Source of the DNA: Camelus ferus
Taxonomy: Eukaryota
DNA: 64,000 nucleotides
Direction: 5' to 3'
Assembly: GCF_009834535.1 (NCBI RefSeq)
Contig: NC_045696.1
Coordinates: 29,886,001 to 29,950,000, forward strand
Shown here: positions 13,044 through 26,482 of the stretch, in pieces
Layout of the letters: the number at the start of each line of letters is the position of its first letter
Numbering within the stretch: position 1 is the first letter of the stretch
The notes under the pieces: generated by a model
What the model saw: only the letters and a program-made list of their open reading frames with translations
The model's database searches: none
Told to the model about the DNA's origin: nothing
Position numbers and translations under genes: made by a program

Positions 13044-13825
13044 TGTCTTTTTTTTTTGGAAAAAAAACCCAAAGCTGACAATAATAATCAAAATGAACTG
13101 TTTTAAACATTTGCTGCATTCTATCCAATTTATGCAGATAATGCCCTGCATCAATAAAATGTCTCATTCTCCTTGAAAACATCCCCTTCCCTCTGGCTGC
13201 TATGGTCCCTGTTTTCTTGTTGCACACTATGGACCATCACAGAGAGCAGGAAGGGGAGGTGTTCTGAGAATGCTGTAAAGCATTTCAACCAATTGCTGCC
13301 ACAGTTGTGGCTGTACATCCTTACAGTGGCAGATTTATTAGGAATTCATACACACACACTTTTTCAGTTTGGATGATTAAAAAACTCTCTATGTAGCTTT
13401 ATATTTTTAATGGCCCTTGCTTCAAAACTCTGAAGCCCTATGAATGTCATTTATAATAAGACCCATATTTTTAGGTGTCAACACACAGAGATGTAAATAT
13501 ACTGAGGTACTTGATAATAGGCAATGAAAAATGTCACCTTTAAGTCATTAAGCTACAAGTTAGCTTCAATTAAGTATTTATTTATTGAGTATTGATCAAA
13601 TAATTGTATCTCTATGAAGCAATAGCATAATGATGGTCAAGAAGAGTTGAAATAGACATTCCTTTGTCTTCAGTGACTGCTGGTCTCTAGCACTGCTTCT
13701 GAACATCATTCAGTTCCAGTGGACCTGAGGTCGATGGCACAATTCCATTTATAACACAGCCTCCTTACATTCACGGTGAAGAAGTTGGCAGTATCTGAAA
13801 CTGAGACTAATTAATTGCTTGCCCC

Positions 13826-14060
13826 AGTCATTTAATAAGTGCTTAAGTACTGAGGACCTACAATGGCCTAAGCATAGTTCTAGGTACTGGGAGTAAAACA
13901 GTGAATGAGCTCATATTCTGGTGCAGGGAGATAGATAATACAAAAATAAATCTTGATATAATTTCAAGTTATGAAAAATACTATGAAGCAAAAGTAATGA
14001 TAAATACCATGAAGTAAAGCAGGATAAGGGAGATTTACTGGGGAGATGATCTGTTTAGAT
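13826..14060 (-). mobile_element. L2 3' fragment
   Basis: 'tactgaggacctac...ttctaggtactgggagtaaaacagtgaa...gagctcatattctggtg'. Confidence 0.7.
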
Positions 14061-16082
14061 GGAAAGAATGTATAGCATTAGAATATGTAGTAAGTAATAT
14101 TTCTTAAAAGATCCTTGGTAATTCCAATGTAAATAATAGACACAAAAATTATTTGTTGAGTGAATGAATGAAACACTATTTACAATCCCCAAGGATCATT
14201 GTTCTAAAAGGCCTGCTACGGATTTTGATTAAGAGGGAAGAAATTTCAGTTGCAGGAGAAAGGAGTTTTGGTGATGATGGTGGTTGCTGCATAAAATGAA
14301 GGGTGAAATAGGAAGCACTCTCAAACACAGGAAGTCACTGACATCAGAAGGTGTAAATTAAGCTTCTATAGGCTTATATAGGGACAATATGTGACCTAAG
14401 TAATACTCATAGTCCTTGTATTACAAGCACTTGAGTTTCATGACATCTGACATTAGTGTAGGTGATCATAAGGGAGAGAGAAATAGAGATACATAGAACA
14501 TTTTCCAAATTCAAAAAAGTAAGGTGTTTTCCTTTGTATTGGGTAGCAATAAATTTGATAAGGAATGAGTAGTTCTTAGGAAGTTAGTCCTTTATTGCTG
14601 AAAAATGTACTTTAGGAAAAAAACGTATCCTACATCACTTTAATATATAAACTAGGAGTATGCAAAGAGCCAGAAGACCATCATAACCTCCCACCACACA
14701 CTCTTTACTGCTGCTGTATAGAAAGATTTGCTGCATTGAAAATCTTTCTTTCAACTAGAGTCCCCATTACATACTATCTCAGAGGCCTTCCGTGGCCTGC
14801 TCTCCCCTTCAGAAATGTGAATACTGAACTGGAAATGCCTTATAACTTAATATTTTACCCCTCCTAGGTGAGATTTTTGTTTATTTGAGGATTAAGCCTC
14901 AGAAGAAAGGCAGGAAGTTTCTTGATGTTGTTCTTGATGGATTCAAGTCACCTGACAGATAAAGAGATCATCTGAGGAGTTTTTTGTTTTTTTTTTTAAC
15001 ATTTTATTAGCTAGTCATTTCACTTAGGAGTAGTGCTGAGGTACTCTGATTACAAGAACAGACAGATAAATTCATCTTTTTACTAACTTTATTCAAGGTC
15101 AAATTTTTTTTAACTTCTCTGTATTTATCTGTTATGTACTCACTACTCGCAATTAAAGCTTTATACTTCACTTACAAAACTAATTAAGCAATGAGAGAGA
15201 GTGGGTGAGAGAGAGAATACAACAGAAATATCACAAATAAAGCCTGAGTGTTTCTTGCTCAATATTCACTTACTTTTTTTACATTTAGTGCATATTAAAT
15301 TGTCAGCATTTCACCACTTTCTCCTCTTTTGTAATGCTTCACTCTAGTAGTAACTGAGAGTACTACAACTTATAAAAAGGGATTTTTATCCTTAAAAGAG
15401 CTTTTCTATTGAATGAATCAGAGGATAAAACCAAGGCATTTTAAAAATATATCTCTATCATTTTTTTTTTCTCAGCTTGTTGCTCTAGACCTTGAGTTTA
15501 AACCAGTTCAAAATCAATCAACTCAACTCAGAAATAGAATGAAAGACTTCTCAGAAGAAAGTGAGAACAGAGGAAAATATATATATTTTAAATCTCCTAT
15601 CGTCCCTTGTATCATGGACAGAATTTATCAATGTCTTGCACAGGATCAAGGCACGTGGCAAAGCACCCAGAGAGCAGATGCTCAAGTCAAGCGGCCAACA
15701 TTGTCACATAAATTGCAAGGTGGGTTGAGAGTCATTAGACAAGGTAGTAAAACAAGATGGAAAAAAAAAAGTGGCTAGTCCATAAAAATAAAATCTACAT
15801 TTCATTAGTTCTTATCTATAATGGTAGTTGGAAGCAAATCTAGGTTGACCTCAGAAAATCCAGTCAATGTACAACTTTACAACTCACAGGAACACTATAA
15901 AATAAGATTGGCAGCTCTTTGAGGTAGAAAGGAAGAAGGTATCTTACTTTCTTTTAAAACATGTATAGAGTCCTATTCATTCTTATGGCTTGGTGAAATT
16001 TTTTAGGAAAGAATTATTTGATTGGTTTTTGAAAATTCATTTTATCAAGAATTATAGATTCTCAAGATTTGTGTTTTTTATA

Positions 16083-16574
16083 CAGATCTTTCTTGACTTT
16101 TGATAGAGTGATGTCCTGATAAGCCTATAATAAGTTGAAAATACCATAAATTGAAAATACATTTAATACACCTAACCTGCTGAACATCAGACCTTAGCCT
16201 AGCCTACCTTAAATGTGCTCAGAACATTTACATTAGCCTATAGTTGGGCAACAGTATCTCACACAAAGACTATTTTATAATAAAGTGTTGAATATCTCAT
16301 GTAATATATTGAATAATGTACTGAAAATGAAAAACAGAATGGCTGTGTGGGCAAAGACTGGTTGTTTACTCATCTGATTGTCTGGCTGCCTGGGAGCTGG
16401 GGCTCAGCTGCTGGTGCCCAGCATTGTGAGAGGGTATCTCACAGCATATTGCTAGCCAGGGAAAGATTAAAATTCAAAACTTGAAGTATAGTTTTTTACT
16501 GAATGGGTATCACTTTTACACCATTGTCAAATTCAAAAATCATATGTTGAACCATCCTAAGTTGAGGATGTCTG
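16083..16574. mobile_element. MER47/Tigger5-family non-autonomous DNA transposon
   Basis: 492 bp, CAGAT...TCTG, flanked by TA on both sides. Internal 'tacacctaacct...ttagcctagcctaccttaaatgtgctcagaaca' and 'tgggagctggggctc' segments match recalled MER47/Tigger5b consensus. Confidence 0.9.
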
Positions 16575-17193
16575 TATTTAGCATTATTTCTAATGGAGAC
16601 TTAGTGACAACCTGGAAACATGTTGGGTAAGCCCAAGAGGAGTAAATGCTTCTCCTAACTGAGACTATGAATACAAAACAAAAAAAAAAAATTAAGGATT
16701 CCCAGGAGAGCAAATCTAACTATTTCCTGGGTACATGGACAGGTAAAGACCTTAGGGGTAAAGGATTAACACTGCTTGGGTGCATGCTGCATCAGGACCA
16801 TCAGTTATCCAGCAGTCTGTCATGCCTAAGTAATCACAAAGACAAAGGTAGAGCCTTGGCTTTGGAGGAAAGGGAAATTGATGGGATACCTATATTACCG
16901 TCAACCCAGCGGAGCAGAACTCATTTTCTTCCAGTTTCTCTTTTCTGACTGGCCATCCTTAATTTTTTTTTCTCTTTTGTAAACCTCATTTTTATGGGTA
17001 TTCTAAAAATATTGGTTATTGATTTTACAATTATCATGAAGTAGATAAATGCTCAGAGTTTCTGCCCTAAGACAACCTTCTAAAATTGTGAAAGGATGAG
17101 AAGCTACTAAAAGAAAGTGGTGATGCCCATGAATGTTGGTTTCTGTTATAGTTATACCACACTGATATGTCTAATTTGTCACTGAAGCTCCAA

Positions 17194-17510
17194 ACTCATT
17201 CATTAATTCATTTGTTCATAAACTTAGAATTGAGTGTCTGCTGTGTGCCAGGAACTGTGCATGGGGCCAGGGGTAAAAAGGTGAACAGTACCTCATTCAG
17301 CTTTCAAGAAGTTTTTATTCTCTGGGGACCAGCCAATGATGAAACTGTCATAAATGTTATGCTACAGGCTTGAATAGATTATTATAGGGGAGCAGATAAG
17401 GGGGAGGTCTATCTTGAAGGAAAAGATCACATTTAACTTGAGTCTTGCATTCAACTTGGAATTAGCTTGGGAAAGGAGAGTGTTTCAAGCAAATCAAACA
17501 GTGGATCTGA
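17194..17510 (-). mobile_element. L2 3' fragment
   Basis: 'cattcattaattcatt...ttgagtgtctgctgtgtgccaggaactgtgc' antisense L2 tail. Confidence 0.8.
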
Positions 17511-17718
17511 CTGAGTCATGAGACTACTCACTATAGTCAAGCCCACCTCAGTGTTCTGCCTGGCAGGCCCTCTGTATATGGTAGTTGGAGGAAGAAATCT
17601 GCGTATGTGGAATGGTAAGATTACCAAGATATCTCTAAAATGGGTAAGATAGATTATTTTTATAGGGCTAGTGTAGTTGCTTTTCAGAGGGAATATTACA
17701 TTATTTCTGCCTTTAGTG

Positions 17719-18230
17719 TGGCAAGATTCTCTCAGTTAACCAAACTCTACTCCAGCTCCTCTGAGCTATTTTTCAACTAGGTCTGACTTTTGGACTTCCA
17801 TGATTGTCTCTGCCTTGTCCAGTTTTAGTAAGAATCCTGCTAAGTCCATTTGACCAGAATCCCCCATCCTCCATATCTGATCACCCTCTGCATATCTCAT
17901 CAGGTTCCTCATCCTCCACCATCTCCCAGGTGATGGCCCATCACCCTGGCCTGACTTTAGCATGAATCCTATTAGGTTGATTTAGCCACAATCCTTCTTG
18001 CTCCTGATGTTTCTTTCCTCTTAGTGCTTTTTCACCCACTGATCCCCATCCTGATATAAATTCCCATTTGCCCAAGCTGTATTTGGAGTTGAGTTCAATC
18101 CCTCTCCCTCATTGTAAGATTCCATTGTTGAGGGTGGGGTGGCTCATACATCTGTTTCCATGGCCTCCTTGAATAAAGTCTTCCTTACTATGGTTTAAGA
18201 AGTGCCACTGAATAATTTTTTTCTTTAACA
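17719..18230 (+). mobile_element. MER31-family ERV1 solo LTR
   Basis: 512 bp, TG...CA, with a perfect 4-bp TSD AGTG (17715-17718 and 18231-18234). Contains 'aagaatcctgctaagtc', 'atatctgatcaccct', TATA 'gatataaa' and the polyA signal 'aataaagtcttcctt'. Confidence 0.93.
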
Positions 18231-18435
18231 AGTGTTACAATACTTTTTGTTATTATTGCTATGTGTTTCTCTCTTCGATGTCCATGTTTCAGGAATAACA
18301 ACAATGTGGTGCTCTTACAGCAATGAGTGAAAAAATTACAGAGCTAAAGAGACAGAAGTAATTCTAAACCCATAAGTACTTTTAAAAAATGACTAATTAT
18401 TCATAAGCATATTTTTGAGACTTGAGTTGAAGTAG

Positions 18436-18482
18436 TTAATTACAGAACTACTTTTAATAATGAAAAGTAGTTCTGTAATTAA
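18436..18482. repeat. Perfect 20-bp inverted repeat with 7-nt spacer
   Basis: TTAATTACAGAACTACTTTT-aataatg-AAAAGTAGTTCTGTAATTAA, checked base by base. Confidence 0.95.
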
Positions 18483-19184
18483 TTCATGCATACTTAATGG
18501 AAGGTAGTAAAACAAGTGTTCAGTCCATACTATTGTTTGTATAAAATGAATCCTTCAAACCAAAGCTAAATAGTTTTACTTGTGAGGCCAGTTGAATTTC
18601 TTATTATCACATTATCTGGTAAAATTTACAGAGAGAGGCAAATGTTGTGAATAGTAGATAATAGCTAATATCTATTGATCATTGCAAAAGTGTGTCTTAA
18701 AGGGAGATCGGGCATCACTGTGAATATGGGAGATACTTTACAGATTTTTTTTAACCCCTCTTTTGTTTTTGTAAGAAATAAAAGTGTATCCTATATTTTA
18801 TTTAGCATTTTGAGATAGTTTTGTTCTGCTTGAACAAAACTGGTCACATTTTAATTCCATACACTGTCATAAAAATAATTTTAAAAAATTGAACCAATAG
18901 ACTACCCTTCCCCATCCTCTCTCCCATCTCCTTCCTTCTCTGACTGGGTCTTAGATAGAAATAAATAATAAGAAGCCAGAAAGAACTTCTGTTTAACAGC
19001 CTTGGGAGCTGTGGCCTAGTAACTTGCTCTGCTCCGAATGGACAGACATCTCTTCTTTCATTATCTACTAAAACGCTTGCTGTTGCTGAGGGAACAATTT
19101 GATTGGGCCAGATGGGTAGCTGGGGGATGATTTTTAATAAACTCATTTCTCCCTGCTCTAATTCAAGAAGCTTTCAAGAATCAA

Positions 19185-19415
19185 TGCATTACATGCTCAA
19201 GACTCTGGACTACCAGCTTTATATAAATATTTTATTTAATTCCCATAATAATTCTATGAAGAAGGTGCATATATCTCATTTTACAAACATGGAAATTGAG
19301 GTTTATAATTAAGTAGCCCATCAAGGGCACAAAGGTAGTAAGTGGTGAAACAGGGATTTAAAGCCAGATCTTATTTTTCAAATTCCAAGTCCAATGGTCT
19401 TAACTGTTATGTTAT
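19185..19415 (-). mobile_element. MIR SINE
   Basis: 'atttaattcccataataattctatgaag...cattttacaaacatggaaattgagg...agtaagtggtgaaacagggatt'. Confidence 0.85.
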
Positions 19416-21274
19416 ATTAAAGTAGGCATATTTTTATTGTGTATATCCTGGTAACATTATTTATGTGCAGGAAAACATCATTAAAGATAGATCCCAACAC
19501 CTGGATGGGTTTTAATCAGGCATATAATTCTATGCAAGTCTAAACCACCGCCACAGTGAGCTCAGTGCTGGCACTCTCTTTAATGTGGTTCGATTCTTAT
19601 GCATCTACATTTCTTAACTGGGTTTTAGCAAAAACTGTATTTAGTTGGGCCTAAAAATCTAATACTTTGCCTGTGACTTTCAGGGAAGGATGTGTGCACG
19701 CAGTGTAAAAACCTCCTAAATTAAATTTGCAAAATAAACTCATCATTTCTAGTTGTCTCTGTTGTGCATAAAGCACAAGGAGTGCTTATGCTATTGCTCT
19801 CAGAGGGCTTTTTATACACTGTGACAGGCTGAAGAACTGCTGCAGGAAGAGAGTCTGGAACAGCAGAGGCTGGGCATACAAGTCACCTCTTGTCTTGCCT
19901 AGTTAATATCAGCAGAGTTTAAGAAGGTCCGACACCTGTATGTGATTCAGGGAATTAGGATCAAAGAGATTCTTCCATGATCTGACTTTGGTTTGCACTC
20001 CCAAGTGTACGTGGCTTTTGCAAATCTATTTTTCATTTTCACCATCTGAAAAAAAGCTTTCTGCTTAACTGGAGGCAATAAAACATGGACTTACAATCAA
20101 TGAGTCATAAACTAGCTATTCAAAGTTTCGTTAAGTGGAAGCCAGATAGGATGCCTCTGTAGGGCATAGTGTTATTAGAAGTGGCCCATGATTGTGTTCA
20201 TAGATTTAGTTGTCTCCACTATTCATGTTATGAGAAATAAACACATCCATTAAGAGAGTTACCCTGGTAAGCCTTGCAAACCCACTTCATCTAGCACAGA
20301 GATGACAATTCTATCTTTAAGATACAGAACTTAAGTAAAATTACTACTTTGTGTTACAGGTAGTGTATGGCTGCCTGTCAGATGGTCGCAACTCACTGAA
20401 TGGTGTCTGAGGGAGACTAGGAAGAGCTAAAATGCACTGGCGATACAGGAAAGAAATTGAATGACTGAGGTGGAATTCTAGGAGAGGGAATCCATTAGCA
20501 GAAACATTATTAAGCATTTAGACAGCACTTTGCTTATAAATGCTTTATCATCATTTTTTATTTGATTTGTACAGGCTTTCAGCAGCAATGTCAATTCTGT
20601 TATATTGTTCCCTCAGACATTTAGGCTAAGTATTTTTTGTTTAATGTATTGGAAGGTCTTGCTGACATCAACCTGCCTTTAAGACAGAGGTATCAAAATA
20701 CTCAGAAAGGTCACATTGAAAAAATTAGATGTGACCTCTGAAATTGAGAAACCCAAACCAATTTTTTTTTCTTTTTTTAGACTTCTTTTCTTCATTCACT
20801 GAAAGTTTTTATGCTAGTGTTCTTCCCATTTTAGAGATTAATGAAATGATGTGGTATCTATCTCATTTTACAGATTAATACAATTAATAACAATAAAATG
20901 AATAAGCCAGTTGTAAATTGAGACAAAATTTAGCTTCAAATTAGTTCTGTTTGTGGACTTGCTTTCCAGTTGTTAGTAGTATATTTCCGTACCTAGTAGT
21001 ATTTCTGTGTTTTGGACCATACGGACAATGAAAAATAAGATTTCCTTACTTCAGCATTTTAAACATTTTAAAATTATTTACATATTATGTAATACATGAA
21101 AATCTGGACAATTCATTTCATTAAATGAGTTAGAAATAACTCATAAATTTTCAGAAACTTTAGAGATATGCACTTTGAATGACATGTTCAACAAAAATCC
21201 CTTGGGCTTGTGCAATATTTTGTGGACTATTCTGTAGTTCACACTGCATGTGGAAAGATAAATGGTCTGTATGA

Positions 21275-21491
21275 AGGGAGAGCTGCAGCCCGTGGGCTAA
21301 ATCCTGCCAACCACCTTTTGTAAATGATGTTTTAGTAGAGCAGAGCACTTCCCATTCATTTATGTATTGTTCTTATTTATGTATTGATTTTGTGCTACAA
21401 TAGCAGAGTTGAATCGTTGTGACAGAGCCTGTATGGCCTATCTGCCTAGAATATTTACTGTCTGGACTCTTAAAAAAAATGCTGACCCCTA
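21275..21491. mobile_element. MER58A-like MITE (opposite orientation to the 5.2-kb copy)
   Basis: 'gcccgtgggctaaatc...ttttgtaaat...cccattcatttatgtattg...gctacaatagcagagttga...aatatttactgtctgg...tgctgacccct'. Confidence 0.85.
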
Positions 21492-23089
21492 TTCTATATG
21501 GTGCAAACAGGAAACCCAGTCTTCATTTACTGTCATAAAATATATAACGGTTTACATACATAAATATATTGAAGTCATACAAGTAACACTTACTGAACTT
21601 AGGCACCAGGCAGAGTGTCTAAAATGTCTGTGATATAGAAATTAAAATTCAAGATTAAGGAAATATCCTAATCAAGTTTCTCATCTTCAAACTTTTTCTT
21701 GGTATGTTTTCAACAACCTAGAAAGTTGCCAACAAGCCAACGTAGGAAGGAGAGAAGTATTAACTCACTAGAGATGGATTCAATTCCATTTCATCCCATT
21801 TCAATTACACATAGTCAGCTGGCCATTGCATTTGCACATGAGCCAATCGAAGGTATTTAAAGTGAGACATATAGATTACTCTTCTCAGAATTCATTTATC
21901 AAGCAACTTGTAGCAATCAAAGAGGATTAAGGGAGGGAAATTCTTTTACGGTGTGTGATATTATGCAATGTACCAAATCAAGGGAAAGGAAAGCAATATT
22001 ACAATTCCGTGGTTCTAAAATTACACAGCTTTCAAATAGTTTTTTAAAGAATTCTCATGGACATAATGGTATGTATTTCACAAGTAGCACCCTGAGAGTG
22101 CCTCTGAACTGCTAAGGAAAGTTTAGAAGGTCCAGAGTTCAAAAAGCCAAGAATAACTATTATAGTAGCATGACTATGACCCAAGCTTTTCAATGTAGTT
22201 GTCCTAATTTAGTAGAAACACAAAGATTAGGTAATTACCTGTACTTTAGCTTTTGTTTGTTTGCTTGTTTGTCTGTTTTAATAATCCTCATTAGCCAGAA
22301 AACTGGACCACTAATGAGGAACATTTTAAAATAAAAATCTTGCAAGAACGACTTAAGACCATAACTCATTAGAGGGTTATTATTTATAACAAATGTGCTC
22401 ATTTTTCTAACTTGCACATTCAACCATTTTGAGTGCTCAATAGATTAATTCATAGCCATGGGAAAGTTTTTCTAGACGTTAAGACTATTTATTAAGCACT
22501 GTGGCAAACACAAAATGTTATAAATAGATTTATCTTATGTTCAACTCAATGGGCATAACATACTAATTTTTTTAAGTAGCCAAAATATTACATGAACTAC
22601 ATAAGCTACTATATACATTATATTACAGGTATATTTGTTTTAGCAATCTCCTGTAAAATTCTGCCAACCTTTCACTTGCTTTAGCCACAGTTGTTATTAT
22701 ATAGAAAAGAATAAACTTAGATAAACAAAATATAAGGGCATAAATTTATTATATGTTTTATTAGAATTTGTCTCCTGACTTGATTTTCTCTTAGGTTTAC
22801 ACTTGCAATTCTAGGAAGAGTAGTCTTAGGCAATCAATTAGAATTGAGATGTGAATAAATTAGGAAGCGTTCATTTTTCTCAGCATGATGTCAACCATGG
22901 ATATACAGTGGGAAAAGCATGTTCCAACAGGTCTGATAATAACTAAGTCTTCTTCCAAACAAATAAAAAAAATAAGTAACAAAAACCTGTAGTTTCAAAG
23001 TGTATTTGCTTTGTTTATTACACCTTGAAACAATTTACCCGCGTCTCCTCCCCTTTGCTCCCCTCCCCTTGCACTCCCCCTCCCCTCTT

Positions 23090-23320
23090 CCTTTCTGTAC
23101 AGCCCTTATCATCCTTTATCACCGTGTATAATTCACTGATCTGTTATGTTTACTGTTCATCGTCTGCCTCTCCTGCAACATTATGCAGCATATGAGGGCA
23201 GAGATTTTTTTTTTGTTTGGTTCCTACTATATCTTACCAGCCTGGACCTTAGTTGGCATACAGGAGAAATTCAGTTTGTATTTGTGGAAGAAAGGCAGGA
23301 AGGTCAAAAGGAAGAAAGGA
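23090..23320 (+). mobile_element. L2 3' end
   Basis: 'atgagggcagagattttt...tgtttggttc...tggcatacagg...tatttgtggaa'. Confidence 0.65.
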
Positions 23321-23625
23321 AAGAGTGGCTACCACTGGAAAGAATTATTAAGGTGAACTGATAAGAAATACAAGATAGAGCAACACAGTGAGACACATCA
23401 ATAAAATTAGTAAAATCCTTGAGTAGTTTTTGCTTTCTTGTCTTCCACCAAGGTTACATTTCCCCTGAACAATGAGACCTGGCTGAGAGCAGCCGGGAGC
23501 TGGAATCCAATCCCTGCCCCACCTACCAGATCCTGAACCCTGATGGGACTTGTCTTTACCCAGAGGGAGAGCCTTTTCCTGTTTAACACAGAAGCTGAGT
23601 GTGAGCCAGCTATCACCCTTGCCTC

Positions 23626-24142
23626 TGTTACCCCAAAAGGTAAAGATCCCAGTTCTTGTCATACTTGAAAGATAAGTTTACGGTTGGGAGATGGTGTGTT
23701 GTGTAGTGAAAGATTTTAAAAGATTTATTTGCAAAAGGAAAAGTAAACCTCCAAGATCAGGAAGCGGGCTGCTCCAAGGGAGGAAGAGCAGTGGTCTTTC
23801 TCTCCCCTTTCTCTTATATCCTCACTTAGAGATGGTTTTTTGATTGATTGATGGCTCTTGTCAAGTCCTTACCCATGGTGTATTTTACAGAAAAACCCAT
23901 GGTGGGTGTGGGCTAAACCACAATGTTAATTATAATGCAATGAACATTAACTCATGTCCAGTTAAGTCCTTTCTGCTACCTCACAGTCATGGCCATCGGG
24001 CTTTGTCCAGTTTCTTGCTGGCACTCCTTTAGAAGAAGTAAAGTCCTTTCATGCTGGAGGCGGGGATAACACCATCTTCTGGACCATCCTCCCTCCCCTC
24101 CACCTATCTGTGCGATGCTCCCACCTGTCTAACTACCCAACA
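23626..24142 (-). mobile_element. ERV1-class solo LTR (family unassigned)
   Basis: About 517 bp, TG...CA. Minus-strand AATAAA ('atttattt', about 23725) and TATA-like 'cttatatc' (about 23813) are in LTR order. The terminus 'tgttacccc...gatcccagttcttg' resembles MER4-group LTRs. No clear TSD. Confidence 0.65.
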
Positions 24143-24431
24143 TATCTACTCATAATCTGCTATCATCTTCTTCCTTGGCCTGATGTTCTGCCAACACAAC
24201 AGAGGTTTTCCTTATTCATCCTGATGACTTGCCCTCCATTTAGCATATTTTTTTCCTCTTAAAACAATTTTCTGATTCTTTTTTACTTAAAGTCTTATTT
24301 GTGTCTTCAGGAGAGACACATTTCCCTATTAGCCCTCATCATATAATTCTGTCAGATTAAATACTCAATGAATGAGGACTCCTCTTGCACCAACCCTTTT
24401 TTTTTCTTTCCAAAATAGAGATCAAGCTTGC

Positions 24432-24902
24432 TGTAGAATAAACGATTTGACCCAATTTCACACCCCTCCTGGCACCCACATTTTCACCATGCTTTTATCA
24501 TGGGCAAGAAGTAAGACCTTTGACTTGAGGCTCAGAGTTTTGATGTGCTTTGGCTACCGGCACATTGATGAGAGTGATAGTGTGTTCTAAAAGGCCTCAT
24601 GCATTTCCACTTGCTCTTTTGCACCTCTGCCACTGCCACAAATGAAACAAGGCTCAGACAGCCTGCTGGTAAAAAGAGGATGGGGGAAATAGAAGAGAGC
24701 TATTCCAGCTGACCTATTGAACTGCCTTCTGAAGCAGATGAGTTCTGGCAGCCACAGAGGGAAGAAGATTCACCAGACAAGCCTACCCTCAATTAGCCAG
24801 AACCCAGCCAACCTACAGACGCACAAGAATCATCAATTTTGTTTTGAGCCCCTGAGTTTTGTGTTGGTTTGTTAGGCAGTTTTGGACAATGGCTAACTGA
24901 AG
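24432..24902 (+). mobile_element. MLT1G/H-like MaLR LTR
   Basis: 'cttgctcttttgcacctctgccactgcca', 'cagccaacctacagac', and the end 'gagcccctgagttttg...ggtttgttaggcag...gctaactga'. Confidence 0.8.
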
Positions 24903-25792
24903 GAAAAGTTAACTCTATTTCTTTTTGAACACCCCAAATCAACAGTTATCCACAATTCATAAAACATACACCGTGTGCAACACTCAATACCAAGGCAAGA
25001 TATTTTAATGTGCTTTATAATACTTATTAAAAACTTGCCTAGGTGTGTCTGCACTCTTTTTCTTAACATTATTTGTATGTGTGCATTTATGTTCTAATTC
25101 ATGAAAGATTAGTAAAATATTATAACTCCTTTTACATGAATACAAAGATGTACATATTGGAATAAGGGAAACCCATCATATTTTCTTTCTGTTTTTCTTG
25201 AAAATAGTGCTCTTTTCATTAGGCTTTTTTTTTTTACAACCACTGAAGCAATTATATCTGTTTTGTGCTTCATTCCTTATGTGAATTAATTATCATCTTG
25301 ATATATTGCCATAAAAATAGGAATTCCTAGGGGAAATGCTTTCATAGAATTGACTTAACTATTCAGAAACCAATTATCCTGTTCTAGACTATTCACATCA
25401 TTTTTATTTCCTCTCTTCTCCCTACATTTAAATATTTCTCAGTCCATTAACGATTCAGTTTGCTTCTCATTAACATCTCTGGGAAAAAGTATGGTGAAAG
25501 AGATAATTGAGACTTTGGGAAATAATGAAACTTTTGAATTAAGTAAACTCTGGATACTCCATCTTACTCTCCACCTTATTAAGACAAATAGCTGAGTTGA
25601 TTGCGTTTTTTAGGTAAGCTTAGACTGAGAAGGGCTTTGAGTATTATGGTGTTCTTCAGATGTATAAACATATAAGGAGGACATCAAAAGTGTTCTCTTT
25701 TCATTATACTACAAACCGGAATTGTAGCAGTGTTAGCCTCTTCTAATGAATATGTTTGATATACTCTGGCCCTCAGATTCAAAGTTATGTTT

Positions 25793-26400
25793 GTGGTGAC
25801 AGTTATTAACTGTTATATGTCAGTTCTGTGACGCTGGGGGCTCTGCAAGCTACATTTCTTCCTTGCCAGCTAGTTTCCTGTTAGTTCTGCCAACAGAGGG
25901 CACTAAAGTAGCTGAAAAGCAGTGAAGAGGGAAGGCCCTTGCTTCCTCCAGGGGGTCTACTTCTATTAGCCTCATCTCAGTAGTAGCATCTAAACTCTGG
26001 AGTAGAGCTGTTGGTTCCAGTTTCTTGCTTGCTTCCTGTTCCTAGAACCGACGTTATGGCATTTCTTTGGAAAAACTAGCAGCAGTCTGGTTAGCTGGTT
26101 AGCAGGGCACTTTCTTTGAGCTCTTAAGGTACCAGTTTGTAGTGAGACATTCTCACTTCTGAGAGATCTGTCACAGCTTCCCAAAGCTTCTTCTCTAGTG
26201 TCCTGATAATCGCCATCTTTTCCTTTGTTCCTCACATTCTAAAGATGATAGATGCTTGCTTTTCTTACTATCTCTGTGTTAGTCCAGTATTCTTTTTTGA
26301 ATGTTCATTCTTCCAATAACTATAAAGAATTCCTCTATTAGATTCTCTCTGTTGAACTAACTAGTGTGTTTTCCATTTGTTGGCTGTACTCCGATGATAT
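25793..26400 (+). mobile_element. LTR41-like ERVL solo LTR
   Basis: 'ctgtgacgctgggggctctgcaagctacatttct...ttgccagctagtttcctgttagttctgccaa' and the U5 'attctctctgttgaactaactagtgtg'. Confidence 0.8.
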
Positions 26401-26441
26401 GGTGCTAAATTTAAATGTCAAACACCTTAAAGGTTAAGCCT

Positions 26442-26482
26442 TTTGGCTTTTTTTTTTTTTTTCTTTTCTTTTTTTTTTTTTT
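26442..26482. repeat. Poly(T) tract
   Basis: Visible T-rich run. Confidence 0.9.
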
